DNA from: Thermoplasmata archaeon
Lineage (GTDB): Archaea > Thermoplasmatota > Thermoplasmata > GCA-020350865
Assembly (NCBI GenBank): GCA_020348445.1
Contig: CP070751.1
Span: forward strand, 3,546,165-3,591,649
Length of the DNA stretch: 45,485 nucleotides
Reading direction: 5' to 3'
Positions 16,653 through 25,362 of this stretch are shown in pieces. Position numbers and translations under genes: made by a program. The notes beneath the pieces were generated by a model. It was given only the letters and a program-made list of their open reading frames with translations, made no database searches and was not told the DNA's origin. Each line of letters starts with the position of its first letter. Positions within the stretch are counted from its first letter, which is position 1.

Positions 16653-18431
16653 ATGGATAATGTAAGTAAGAATAGAAAGAGGCTTTATAGTGGAATTTTG
16701 GCAATTGTGATCCTGCTTTTGATGGGAATGATGTTATTGCCTGGAGCGTCGGCTCAACCGCGTGTCATCGATACCGACCCAAACATCAATGCATCTGATG
16801 TTCCCGTAGATACCTGGATTATAATTCGATTTAACCAGAGTATAGTTGCAGACGATGTAGAGGTGGAAATTCGTCCAGATCTTGATCCTTATGGATTTAG
16901 GATTGAGTGGAGTAACAATGACAGGGAGTTGATAATCAAACCCAATGCTGCATTGGTTTATGGACGGAATTATACTATTACTTTAAGGAATGCGAAGAAT
17001 GCAGATGGAGAGGCATTAGAGAATCCAATTATTCGGTTTAAAACCGAAAGCGAGCCTGGAATTTTTGAAAACTTTGGACAGGTTTTCGAATCGATCTGGG
17101 ATGGTTTTATTGCCATAATACCCAAATTGATCATGACCATCGCGTTATTGATCGTGGGCTATATTATAGCCAAGGCCGCAAGTTGGGTTTTCCGTAAGAC
17201 ACTGAAGAAAGTGGGCTTCGATGATGCAATGGAAAAGGTGGGTGTTGGTGCTCAGCTCAGAACGATTGGGATAGAATCTGTTTCAAAATTCCTGGGGATA
17301 TTTGTTTTCTGGTTCATATTCGTTATAGTTCTTCAAATTGCTATCGCAGGATTGGGGGTGCCCAGTGTTACTGATATATTGGCACCGATTATTCTTTTCA
17401 TCCCAAGGATTCTCGTTGCAGCCATCGTTGTGTTGGTTGGGTTATATATCGCAAATGTTGTTGCTAACAGATTGATGGAGAAGTTCCAAGAAACCTCGGT
17501 TGGAAAGCAGCTTGCTGACATCGATGAGAAAACCAAAAAAGCAGGTATCTCAATGATTCAGGTGGTCTCGATGTTCATCAAGATATTCATTTTACTATTC
17601 TTCGTCCAAGTTGCCCTGGAGATAGTTAATATCGGTGTCTTGGCCGAGATAATAACCCCCATCATGATCATATTACCACTGGTTCTGGTGGCTCTTTTCA
17701 TAGTGCTTGTGGGTATTTTGGTTGCAGAATTTATAATCAAGACTATAATGAAGCTAGCAAAGGAGTTCGATATTGATGATCTGATAAAGCCTGTGGAAGA
17801 GACAATAGGACGAGAGGGCGTGATAATGAGGATTTTCACCTTCGTGGTGAGGATCTTCGTGCTTTTGATATTCATCCAAATCGCAATAGGTGTTTTGAAT
17901 GCAACAGGTGCGTTCAATGCACTGGCAGAATTGATCAACACGGCAATACTTTGGATACCGAATGTGGTGGCGGCCCTCTTCATCGTCCTAATAGGCTTTT
18001 GGTTCGGAGGATGGGTTTACGAAAGAATGCTTACCTCTGGCAAGGAGATAGAAGTACCGTATCCTGAGACATTGGCAGTGGCGGTAAAGTACCTCATTAT
18101 CTACGTTGCATGTGTTATCGCTATCGCTCAAATCGGAATTGCAGTGGACATCCTTTACATCATAACAGCCATCGTCTTGGGTGCGGTGTTCATAGGAATT
18201 GGTGCCGGATTTGCAATTGGATCCAAGGATATATTTGCGAATGTAGGGGGGCATCTGCAGAGTAAAAAGGTATTAACTGTGGGAAAGCGCGTCAAAATCG
18301 ACGATAAATATGTGGGTAAAGTGGAAGAAGTGGGGAGATTCACCACAACCATAATCGCGGACAATGGGGATAAGATCGTTCTTCCCAATTCAAAGCTAAC
18401 AAAAGCAGTAATTGTGGAGAGCCCCAGTTAA
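16653..18431 (+). CDS. MscS-family (CmpX-like) channel with an N-terminal Ig-like (SbsA/Big_5-type) domain and four conserved TM-helix repeats
   Basis: Ig-like segment IDTDP...VPVDTWIIIRFNQ...LVYGRNYTITL; four repeats of (F/I/W)(I/L)P.(L/I/V)..A...L..G; terminal GFAIGSKDIFAN...G..VKI..YVG.VEE.G.FTT.I...G..I.LPNS. Confidence 0.75.
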   Translation: MDNVSKNRKRLYSGILAIVILLLMGMMLLPGASAQPRVIDTDPNINASDVPVDTWIIIRFNQSIVADDVEVEIRPDLDPYGFRIEWSNNDRELIIKPNAALVYGRNYTITLRNAKNADGEALENPIIRFKTESEPGIFENFGQVFESIWDGFIAIIPKLIMTIALLIVGYIIAKAASWVFRKTLKKVGFDDAMEKVGVGAQLRTIGIESVSKFLGIFVFWFIFVIVLQIAIAGLGVPSVTDILAPIILFIPRILVAAIVVLVGLYIANVVANRLMEKFQETSVGKQLADIDEKTKKAGISMIQVVSMFIKIFILLFFVQVALEIVNIGVLAEIITPIMIILPLVLVALFIVLVGILVAEFIIKTIMKLAKEFDIDDLIKPVEETIGREGVIMRIFTFVVRIFVLLIFIQIAIGVLNATGAFNALAELINTAILWIPNVVAALFIVLIGFWFGGWVYERMLTSGKEIEVPYPETLAVAVKYLIIYVACVIAIAQIGIAVDILYIITAIVLGAVFIGIGAGFAIGSKDIFANVGGHLQSKKVLTVGKRVKIDDKYVGKVEEVGRFTTTIIADNGDKIVLPNSKLTKAVIVESPS

Positions 18432-18488
18432 TTGTAATGCTCAGTTTGATCCTCGGGGTGTCATTTACGATATCCATTAGAGAATATT

Positions 18489-19538
18489 CTATTTAATGTA
18501 CTTCTCACAATGATTGCAGAACCAACATCTGTATCGATCAATATATTCCAAGGATTCTCCGCAGGTTTTGCATGTGGGTTTTTGTGTTTTTTTCATGGGA
18601 TCGGGGGGCCACTCTCCCGATTTCAAATGTTTGTATGGTATTGCGGTGGCTACAACCTTGAATCTCTCATCCAGTGAATTCTGCAGTGCCTGCGCCCTTT
18701 CCACCTGCTCACTTATCAATTCGTTTGTGATCTCCTCGGCTTGTATTGTGGTGTGCATGCACATCTGGAATTCCTCATCCATGAACTGAGACTTAGCTTG
18801 ATCAAGGTGTTTTTCAGCTGGTTCTATGTTTGCGCCAATATCTCTTGCTTGATGAATCATCCTTTCCACGAATCCCACTGCCTCCTTGATTATTGTTATC
18901 CTGTCTTCCCTGGTCTTTGCTAGGAGCTCTTTCGCCATTTTTAAGGTCTCATGACAATCAAAAAGTATGTCATTTTCCAAAAATGCCTTTGCCTCGATTA
19001 AAAGACGCTCGGTCTCGATGAGGTTTGCGCCTATGCGCTTTGCCATTTTAATATCCTCTTCGATATCAACGATTGCAACAAGGAGCCTTTCCTTGTAATT
19101 TTTCTTTAATGTTGGGATGACATCATTGAATTCCTTAATACCCGAAATGGCCTTGTCGTACATACCGTTTTCAAAATTTTCCTTTGAATAGGATAGTATG
19201 AGCTCAGCTTCGCTCGTATCAAGGCCAATTGCCGAAAGAGAATCCAGGAATTTCTCTGAAGAGAGAATGGCAATGGAGAGTCCCTTGCCATGGAACCTTT
19301 TCACGGCTGTTTCACCGATAGGCAAGGTATTTTTTATATTATTCAGAAGCTCGTAATATCTTCCGGTTTTAAATATCTGCTCTGTATCATAGAAAAGTTC
19401 CTCTACCTGGCTTAGATCCACATGCTCGTTGAAAATCGTTGATTTGAAATCGGAGCCCCTGGCCTCTTCGCCTTCATTACCTTCTTTAAAACCTTCCTGG
19501 TTTTTATAAATAGGATCTTCTTCTAGCATCCCATCCAC
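18489..19538 (-). CDS. Hypothetical helical-repeat protein with a C-terminal zinc ribbon
   Basis: Repeated A..IGA.I..AE..L..AK amphipathic units; terminal CKTC...WFCNHC. Confidence 0.7.
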   Translation of the reverse strand: MDGMLEEDPIYKNQEGFKEGNEGEEARGSDFKSTIFNEHVDLSQVEELFYDTEQIFKTGRYYELLNNIKNTLPIGETAVKRFHGKGLSIAILSSEKFLDSLSAIGLDTSEAELILSYSKENFENGMYDKAISGIKEFNDVIPTLKKNYKERLLVAIVDIEEDIKMAKRIGANLIETERLLIEAKAFLENDILFDCHETLKMAKELLAKTREDRITIIKEAVGFVERMIHQARDIGANIEPAEKHLDQAKSQFMDEEFQMCMHTTIQAEEITNELISEQVERAQALQNSLDERFKVVATAIPYKHLKSGEWPPDPMKKTQKPTCKTCGESLEYIDRYRCWFCNHCEKYIK

Positions 19539-19614
19539 CGTCCTTTTAATAAAACGATTTATTTAAAGGGTAAATGTGTTTAAACAAAATAAAGATTTCT
19601 GTTGGTCCCTATCC

Positions 19615-20625
19615 TCACTTTCCAAATGAATTGGACCTGCGAGAAACAATGGGAATGTCAAGAGGTAAAGCCTCCTCCCTTATAGCACATAAAAATCTTG
19701 GAGGTTTTGCATAAATTATTTTTTCAAATAAAGAAGCTTTATGGTATTTCTCATAGCCTGGGTTGTACCAAATGATTATATGTTGGTGTATCACAAAATC
19801 CCGCTCGATCTTTGAAATACCCATGAAGGAATCCAAACGGGCGCTGCTCTCAGCCTCTATTTGATCTATCACCTGTTTTTTATCCGATAATTTAACTTTC
19901 TCATCATTCAGGTAAAGTATTGTACGTGTCTGATCCCTCACACTTGATTCAACGAGTTTGTCCAAGAAGCCCTCTCCAACTCCAAATGGTTTTTTTGGCA
20001 TCTTCTGACCGGGTGCATATCTGTAAACGAGATCAAGCCCTGGAGCGCCGTAAACATCTTCGGAGATAATCCATGGTATCGTCCTGAGAAATTCCTCAAA
20101 CTCGGATGTGAACTCAGTTTTAAAAATCATTTTTGTGATGGCAGCTTCCGGATTTTGCGCTCCAAGAACCTCGCTCCATTGCGCAGGTGAAAGCTCTTTT
20201 ATGAGCGCAACCTCAACATAGAATTTCTTAAGTAGCTCCTGTGCGCTATTTTGGGAGGGAGACCATGTCTTTTTATGATTTGGAAAGAACAAACCCACCA
20301 TTCTCCCAGGGGGAACCTCCATGGGAGTGAGAAGTAAACCATATGCCTGTTTAAGATATTGGAGGTAGTCCTCCTTTGTGCGGTACTCTGTTCTTCTGTA
20401 AAATGGATGGAGCTTGGAAAGCAGTTTTGGTATGGCTTTTTCTCTTCTTTCTGGGACAACATCGTCCAAAAGGGAGAGCGTGTTTCCTGTGGATTTCGCT
20501 TTTTCTATCAGCTCTTGGCATCTGTCACTTTCCACGATTTCCTCGATTCTCTTCTCCACACCTCTATCATATTGGTAAATATCACCGAAGATCTCCTCTT
20601 TCTTTGGCCATAACTGCTTTTCCAT
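19615..20625 (-). CDS. Hypothetical soluble protein (no family recognised)
   Basis: 336-codon ORF with normal globular composition; fills the gap between same-strand neighbours. Confidence 0.65.
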   Translation of the reverse strand: MEKQLWPKKEEIFGDIYQYDRGVEKRIEEIVESDRCQELIEKAKSTGNTLSLLDDVVPERREKAIPKLLSKLHPFYRRTEYRTKEDYLQYLKQAYGLLLTPMEVPPGRMVGLFFPNHKKTWSPSQNSAQELLKKFYVEVALIKELSPAQWSEVLGAQNPEAAITKMIFKTEFTSEFEEFLRTIPWIISEDVYGAPGLDLVYRYAPGQKMPKKPFGVGEGFLDKLVESSVRDQTRTILYLNDEKVKLSDKKQVIDQIEAESSARLDSFMGISKIERDFVIHQHIIIWYNPGYEKYHKASLFEKIIYAKPPRFLCAIREEALPLDIPIVSRRSNSFGK

Positions 20626-20693
20626 GGGTATTATTAGGTTTTCAGTAAATAAAAGATTTTCGACAAAAACGCATTTTCATACAAAATAATAAT

Positions 20694-20701
20694 AAAAAAA
20701 A
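20694..20701 (-). terminator. Oligo-T tract after the ftsZ-like gene
   Basis: T8 followed by ATTATTATTTT on the minus strand, about 55 nt after the stop; archaeal terminators are often T-tracts. Confidence 0.35.
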
Positions 20702-20754
20702 GATGAAAACACCGAAGCTCAGTGCCTCATCAGATCTTTTCACTCGGAGATTAA

Positions 20755-21603
20755 CTATGCCAACTCCGTGGTTTTAAACCCCATTGTACCGTGCCCTAAG
20801 GGATTTTGCATTTTATCGTTTAGAAGATCCGCGTGTATAGGCACCGGTGCCACGACATTTGGTATCCTGTCAACCTGGGGTTCCTTCTCCTTTATCTCGC
20901 CTGTGGGCAATTCTCCTATTATCTCATCGATGTCCAGGCTCTTTGTTGCCATGATCGTCTGAAGAAGTGTATTTCTCGTGCTGATGATAACCTTGGATAT
21001 CATGGAATTCATGATATCGAGGCTCTCCTCTGCCGAAAGATCGGGCGCGATCTTAAGGAGCTTGTTGTTATCCAAAAGGATGACGCTTTCGGCGACGTTC
21101 TTCAGTTCTTCAAATCCTTTTCGTGCCCGCTTTCTCCTGTTAACCTCGGCAGCAAAAGGCATAATCCCTATCCCTATCACCACCGCTCCCTGCTCCTTTG
21201 CCAATCTTCCGATGACAGGCGTTGCACCCAACCCCGTTCCTCCACCGAGCCCTGCCACTAAAAACACGATATCCGAGTCTCTGACCATTTCCAAGAGGGA
21301 TTCTGCGGCAAGCTCCGCTGCCTGACATCCGATCTCCTTATGTCCTCCGCAACCTCTTCCTCGGGTTATCGTCTTTCCAATGAACATCTTCTTATCGGCT
21401 TCAATTTCCTCCAGATGCTTCTCATCGGTATTTATCCCGATGGTTGTAATACCTTCTTCGCCCAGTTTGTGGAAGTGATCCACAAGGTTGTTTCCAGCCC
21501 CCCCGCAGCCAATGACCAAAGTCACAGGCTCATCGAGATTTTCGTAGGGTGCTCGCATTCTTTCCACAATTTCGGTTACGGTTTCAGTCCTTTTATTCTT
21601 CAT
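20755..21603 (-). CDS. ftsZ: FtsZ-family GTPase homologue, truncated (GTP-binding domain only)
   Basis: VIGCGGAGNN, INTD..HL, TRGRGCGG, AGLGGGTGLGA, PF..E..R and DNNKLL motifs. The sequence ends in a 55-aa Pro/Glu-rich tail just after the T7-loop position. The symbol denotes family membership only. Confidence 0.85.
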   Translation of the reverse strand: MKNKRTETVTEIVERMRAPYENLDEPVTLVIGCGGAGNNLVDHFHKLGEEGITTIGINTDEKHLEEIEADKKMFIGKTITRGRGCGGHKEIGCQAAELAAESLLEMVRDSDIVFLVAGLGGGTGLGATPVIGRLAKEQGAVVIGIGIMPFAAEVNRRKRARKGFEELKNVAESVILLDNNKLLKIAPDLSAEESLDIMNSMISKVIISTRNTLLQTIMATKSLDIDEIIGELPTGEIKEKEPQVDRIPNVVAPVPIHADLLNDKMQNPLGHGTMGFKTTELA

Positions 21604-21887
21604 TTTAACTCCTCCGAGTTCCCCTACCAGTGGGGGTTTCGAAAAAGGTGACCCGCAATCTTTGGGAACGAAGTTTTCGTTCTTCGATAGAGTGGAATCT
21701 TTAGGGCCACCTTTTGTTTCGAATATACGGTGGCTGCTTTACGGTGAAAAATCGCATCCCATCCCTTCTGTCCAATGCTGGATAACCCGAGAAAATCTCG
21801 GGAGATAAGCTTGAAACCAAACCAAGGGCAATGATTCACACCGTGTGTTTCAGCTTTCATTCCGCGTGCGTATGCAATGTCTTACTC

Positions 21888-22292
21888 TCAATGCTTGAGA
21901 TAGTTATTCTCGATCTCCTTCTCCATCATCTTGGCATCCGCGAGCTTGTACTTGATCTCCTGGAGCTTCTCCTCGTGCTTCTCAATTTTATCCCAGGGAA
22001 GAGCTTCGAGGTAATCCCTTAGGATCTCGAAAAGGGCGGCTTCCAGTGACTTGAAGCGTCCTTTTTTAATCAGATAGTCTATGGCAGATATCTGATCATT
22101 TGATACAGGCACGAAGGTCTCACCTGGATGGCCTTTTTCAAGGGCTATCCTTCTGTCGATCAATTCCTTGGCTGCTACTCGAAGCAGCTCTGACCTGCTG
22201 GAAAACGTTTCCTCCTCGAGAAAGGAATCGATTATCCGTAGGTCTTTTTCAGGAAGGCGTATGGTGATTCTTTCTCCTTTGGCCCGCAACAA
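21888..22292 (-). CDS. CopG/MetJ/Arc ribbon-helix-helix regulator, CdrS-like, with a second RHH-like repeat and a coiled-coil tail
   Basis: ERITIRLP...IDSFL....FSSRSELLR.A; second unit TFVPVS...IDYLIKKGRFKS..AA; TTG start behind GGAGG; upstream of an ftsZ-family gene, as in archaeal cdrS-ftsZ2 loci. Confidence 0.8.
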   Translation of the reverse strand: MLRAKGERITIRLPEKDLRIIDSFLEEETFSSRSELLRVAAKELIDRRIALEKGHPGETFVPVSNDQISAIDYLIKKGRFKSLEAALFEILRDYLEALPWDKIEKHEEKLQEIKYKLADAKMMEKEIENNYLKH

Positions 22293-22317
22293 ATCGCCTC
22301 CAATCCGCTATTTTGTC

Positions 22318-22415
22318 TGACATTTGTCATTTATCCCAAATAATATAGTAAGACACTTGTAGCACCCTGTATAGTTTATAAGCATATAAATATTTCGTTA
22401 AGCTGACAAATGTCC
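22318..22415. promoter_or_regulatory. Candidate operator sites flanking the promoter of the RHH gene
   Basis: TGACATTTGTCA at 22318-22329 and TGACAAATGTCC at 22404-22415, with a weaker AGACACTTGTAG at 22351-22362, around a TATA-like stretch at about 22375-22390. Confidence 0.5.
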
Positions 22416-22777
22416 TACCTTTCTTACCTAGCCTTTTAAAGCCAGTATAATGTTCAATTTTATTAAATTTTTGTATGACATCGGGATTTTTCAATAAATA
22501 CGAGCACTACTTCATTCACCTTAAAGTATTATCACAAGACTTTTATGAAAATATTGTGATACTGGTTATGTATTTCGAAGTATTCGCGGTAGGATCGAGG
22601 ATTAATGATAAGATAAAAGCCCCTTCGCGTGAAAAATTATCGAGATTTAAAGACACAAATCTAGGAGGGAATGATTAAAAACTCTTAAAACTGAGAAAGT
22701 GATGTAAAGGATCTCATCATTTTCATTTGGCTAAAAGATTCACTCAAACTTAGAAGAAAAACAAAGGTGGTATTAAA

Positions 22778-25273
22778 ATGAAAAAAATCGGAAAAATCAT
22801 GACTTTTGTGGTATTTGGAATGTTGATCTTGAATTTTGTGGCAGCAATACCCGTGGGTAATCCGGGTGATGTGGTTTTAGAAACAGATGTTGTGGATACC
22901 GAAGAAACCGAGCTCACAATCCCTGAAAATCCAGCTTCGCCTGAGAACCGGAAATTACCTGCCGATCCCTCAGATTCCGAAGATACAACAAATAACGTGG
23001 ATTCAACTCCACCAGAATCAACAGGATCTGGAAGTCCACCACCTCCACCACCCCCAACGGGATTCGATACTCCCGTTACTCCTTTGACAGGTAGTATACC
23101 ATTGCTCACTGTTTTTATGGAATGGACCGATGGACCTGGGGAAACTCCCCCTTCATTTGTCCAACAGCAACTGTTCGGACCTAGACCGAGCCTACAGGAC
23201 TTCATGATTGAAATGTCATATTTCCAGTTCACCTTCAGTGATGCAGGACATTATACATGGATACCTGCATGGGATGATCCACTCACGCCTGATGATGAGT
23301 CCACTAGGACGTTTTGGGAATCATTTCCCGATCCTAAAGATGGCGGAACATTCATTTCCCATGGTCTAGTAAGTCTTGATCAAGCAGGTTATAATTTTGC
23401 TCCTTTCGATACCAATAACGACGGTACAATCGAATTTGGCAAAGAAGTTGCTTACCTCATGATTGATGCAATGGACCCAGGGCTTGGGGGAAATTACAGA
23501 GGAGGGAGCACAAGAGGTATGCCGGTTTTGACATTGGATGGAAAAACAGCCTCAGGTAGAGTAAGCACCGTTTCCGAGGATTCCCCCTGGATCACACTAT
23601 ATGCACATGAACTGGGCCACCAGGTTTTACGACTTCCAGATTACTACGGTATTCTCCCCTGTCCTGTAAATAAGTTTACACTAATGGGTGTTAGTGGCTC
23701 ATACAATTGGCAAACGCCAATAGGACCACATCACATAGATTCATATTCTAAAATGAAACTTGGATGGTTCTCCCCAACTGTTGTAACTTCCGACGGTTAT
23801 TACGATATCCCTGATATGGAAACAAATCCAGTGGCTTACATCCTCCATGATCCTGCTCATGGAAAAGATGAGTACTTTATTGTGGAGAACCGATGGAAGG
23901 GCGACTCTTATGATAACTCAAATGGATTAATTGATCCTTTAGTTTCTCCACTTCCACCGGCTGATGCTCCTGCCGATATCCCAGACCAAGGTCTTTTAAT
24001 TTGGCATGTGGATGAAACTCGGAATTGGAATGGTAGTCAAACTGGTGGATTCCCAAAAGTGAATCTCACCCGCCGTTTTTATAATGATAAATACGCAGCC
24101 TTCAATGCCGATGATTTGGACTATTACGATTTTTATGATGGATCTTCGCCGATGAATGCAAAATGGTACACAGGAGCCAACAGCAAGTGCGGTGTCTGGG
24201 CTGTGTCAGATGCAGGTGAAAACATGCGCGCATGGCTGGATGTTCCCGGACCTGGTATACTTGAGCAACTCCTTACGCCTTCAGTTACTGCAATACCAGG
24301 CTCAGCGGGAACCTTGATGGTGAAAGTGGTGAACACTGGGGATGCAACTGACACGTTTTCATTCTCGGTTGTGGGTCTTCCCTCTGATCTCACTGCAGTA
24401 CCCCCGGGACCTGTTACCCTTAATTCCAAAGAGCAAACATACGAGGAATTTGATATAACTCCGATTAGGCATTGGACAACAGCTCCTGGAATAAGGACAT
24501 TCAAGCTGAGAGTGGAGAGCGACACCAATCCATCTGTTTTTACTGAAATAGATGCCACATTGGAGGTCCTTCCTTTTGGCCAACCCAAGGTGTCCATACC
24601 AATAGATTTTGCTGAAATCGATCCTGGAATGACTGCATATTACACAATAGAAATTACGAACGAGGGAAATGTGGTGGACACATTCTATCTTAACTTCATT
24701 GCCCTGGATTTTGGCTCAGCCTATGAGGCAATCCCAACTGCAATCGATTTCTCCTGGATTTTGTTTACTCCAAAATATCCTTCAGCAGTTCCGGGAGCTA
24801 CGACAACCACCACGCTAAGTATATCAGTTCCTTGGGATTGGGCAGCAATGGAAGATGCAATCTACGACTTCATAGTTACAGCAACAAGCTCGATCACACC
24901 TGATAGTGATTCAGACACAGGACAACTTAAGGTTCACGCAACTCCCCTTAGCATGATGTTCTGGGTTAAGGCCGAAATCGAGGATTTGATTTCTGACGTC
25001 GAAGCATTACCACCCTCTGATGTAAGGGATGGACTTCATGACAAGGCAACTGCAGCTTATAATAAAATCAATCAATCAATTAACAGATACCTTCTGGGGG
25101 ACGACCCACCTGCAAGCAACCTGCTAAAAACAACCAAGAACATGTTAAGGGCATTCTTGCATCTTCTGGATGCTCAAAGAGGTAAAGCTTTGACAGTTGC
25201 CCAAGCAGATTACCTGGCAGCAAAAGCCCAGAAGATAAGAGAGGACATCGACGCAATTCTGCTTGTTATATAA
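22778..25273 (+). CDS. Secreted M6 (immune inhibitor A)-like zinc metallopeptidase with Ig-like domains and a C-terminal helical (FIMAH-like) domain
   Basis: Signal peptide; HELGH..LRLPDYY zinc motif; LMG..G, EYFIVENR and GLLIWHVDE motifs of M6 peptidases; two V.N.G...DTF Ig-like units. Confidence 0.85.
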   Translation: MKKIGKIMTFVVFGMLILNFVAAIPVGNPGDVVLETDVVDTEETELTIPENPASPENRKLPADPSDSEDTTNNVDSTPPESTGSGSPPPPPPPTGFDTPVTPLTGSIPLLTVFMEWTDGPGETPPSFVQQQLFGPRPSLQDFMIEMSYFQFTFSDAGHYTWIPAWDDPLTPDDESTRTFWESFPDPKDGGTFISHGLVSLDQAGYNFAPFDTNNDGTIEFGKEVAYLMIDAMDPGLGGNYRGGSTRGMPVLTLDGKTASGRVSTVSEDSPWITLYAHELGHQVLRLPDYYGILPCPVNKFTLMGVSGSYNWQTPIGPHHIDSYSKMKLGWFSPTVVTSDGYYDIPDMETNPVAYILHDPAHGKDEYFIVENRWKGDSYDNSNGLIDPLVSPLPPADAPADIPDQGLLIWHVDETRNWNGSQTGGFPKVNLTRRFYNDKYAAFNADDLDYYDFYDGSSPMNAKWYTGANSKCGVWAVSDAGENMRAWLDVPGPGILEQLLTPSVTAIPGSAGTLMVKVVNTGDATDTFSFSVVGLPSDLTAVPPGPVTLNSKEQTYEEFDITPIRHWTTAPGIRTFKLRVESDTNPSVFTEIDATLEVLPFGQPKVSIPIDFAEIDPGMTAYYTIEITNEGNVVDTFYLNFIALDFGSAYEAIPTAIDFSWILFTPKYPSAVPGATTTTTLSISVPWDWAAMEDAIYDFIVTATSSITPDSDSDTGQLKVHATPLSMMFWVKAEIEDLISDVEALPPSDVRDGLHDKATAAYNKINQSINRYLLGDDPPASNLLKTTKNMLRAFLHLLDAQRGKALTVAQADYLAAKAQKIREDIDAILLVI

Positions 25274-25298
25274 TTTGGTCTGGTAACATAAAAAAGAT

Positions 25299-25362
25299 TT
25301 TCGCAAAAGATACCTAATCCATGTTAACATATTCGCAATAGGTACCCCATCCACGTTAACAT
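25299..25362. repeat. Imperfect 32-bp tandem direct repeat (2 copies)
   Basis: TTTCGCAAAAGATACCTAATCCATGTTAACAT / ATTCGCAATAGGTACCCCATCCACGTTAACAT; 26 of 32 positions identical. Confidence 0.7.

Noticed and set aside
20755-20945. Frameshift hiding a full-length FtsZ C-terminal domain
   Set aside because: Both alternative frames stop within a few codons after the T7 region, and the downstream ORF does not resemble the FtsZ C-domain.
21624-21860. 78-aa ORF between the RHH and ftsZ-like genes as a CDS
   Set aside because: No convincing SD, no recognisable motif, and it runs through the hairpins. Kept only as an alternative hypothesis.
21604-21887. RNase P RNA, SRP RNA or tRNA in the spacer
   Set aside because: I found no GAGGAAAGUCC-type RNase P motif, SRP helix-8 motif or tRNA T-loop/cloverleaf on either strand.
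22475-22678. 67-aa ORF upstream of the M6 protease
   Set aside because: AT-rich intergenic composition, no SD and no motif.
25299-25362. Mini CRISPR array
   Set aside because: The two 32-nt units are directly adjacent with no spacers, only 26/32 identical, and no cas genes are present.
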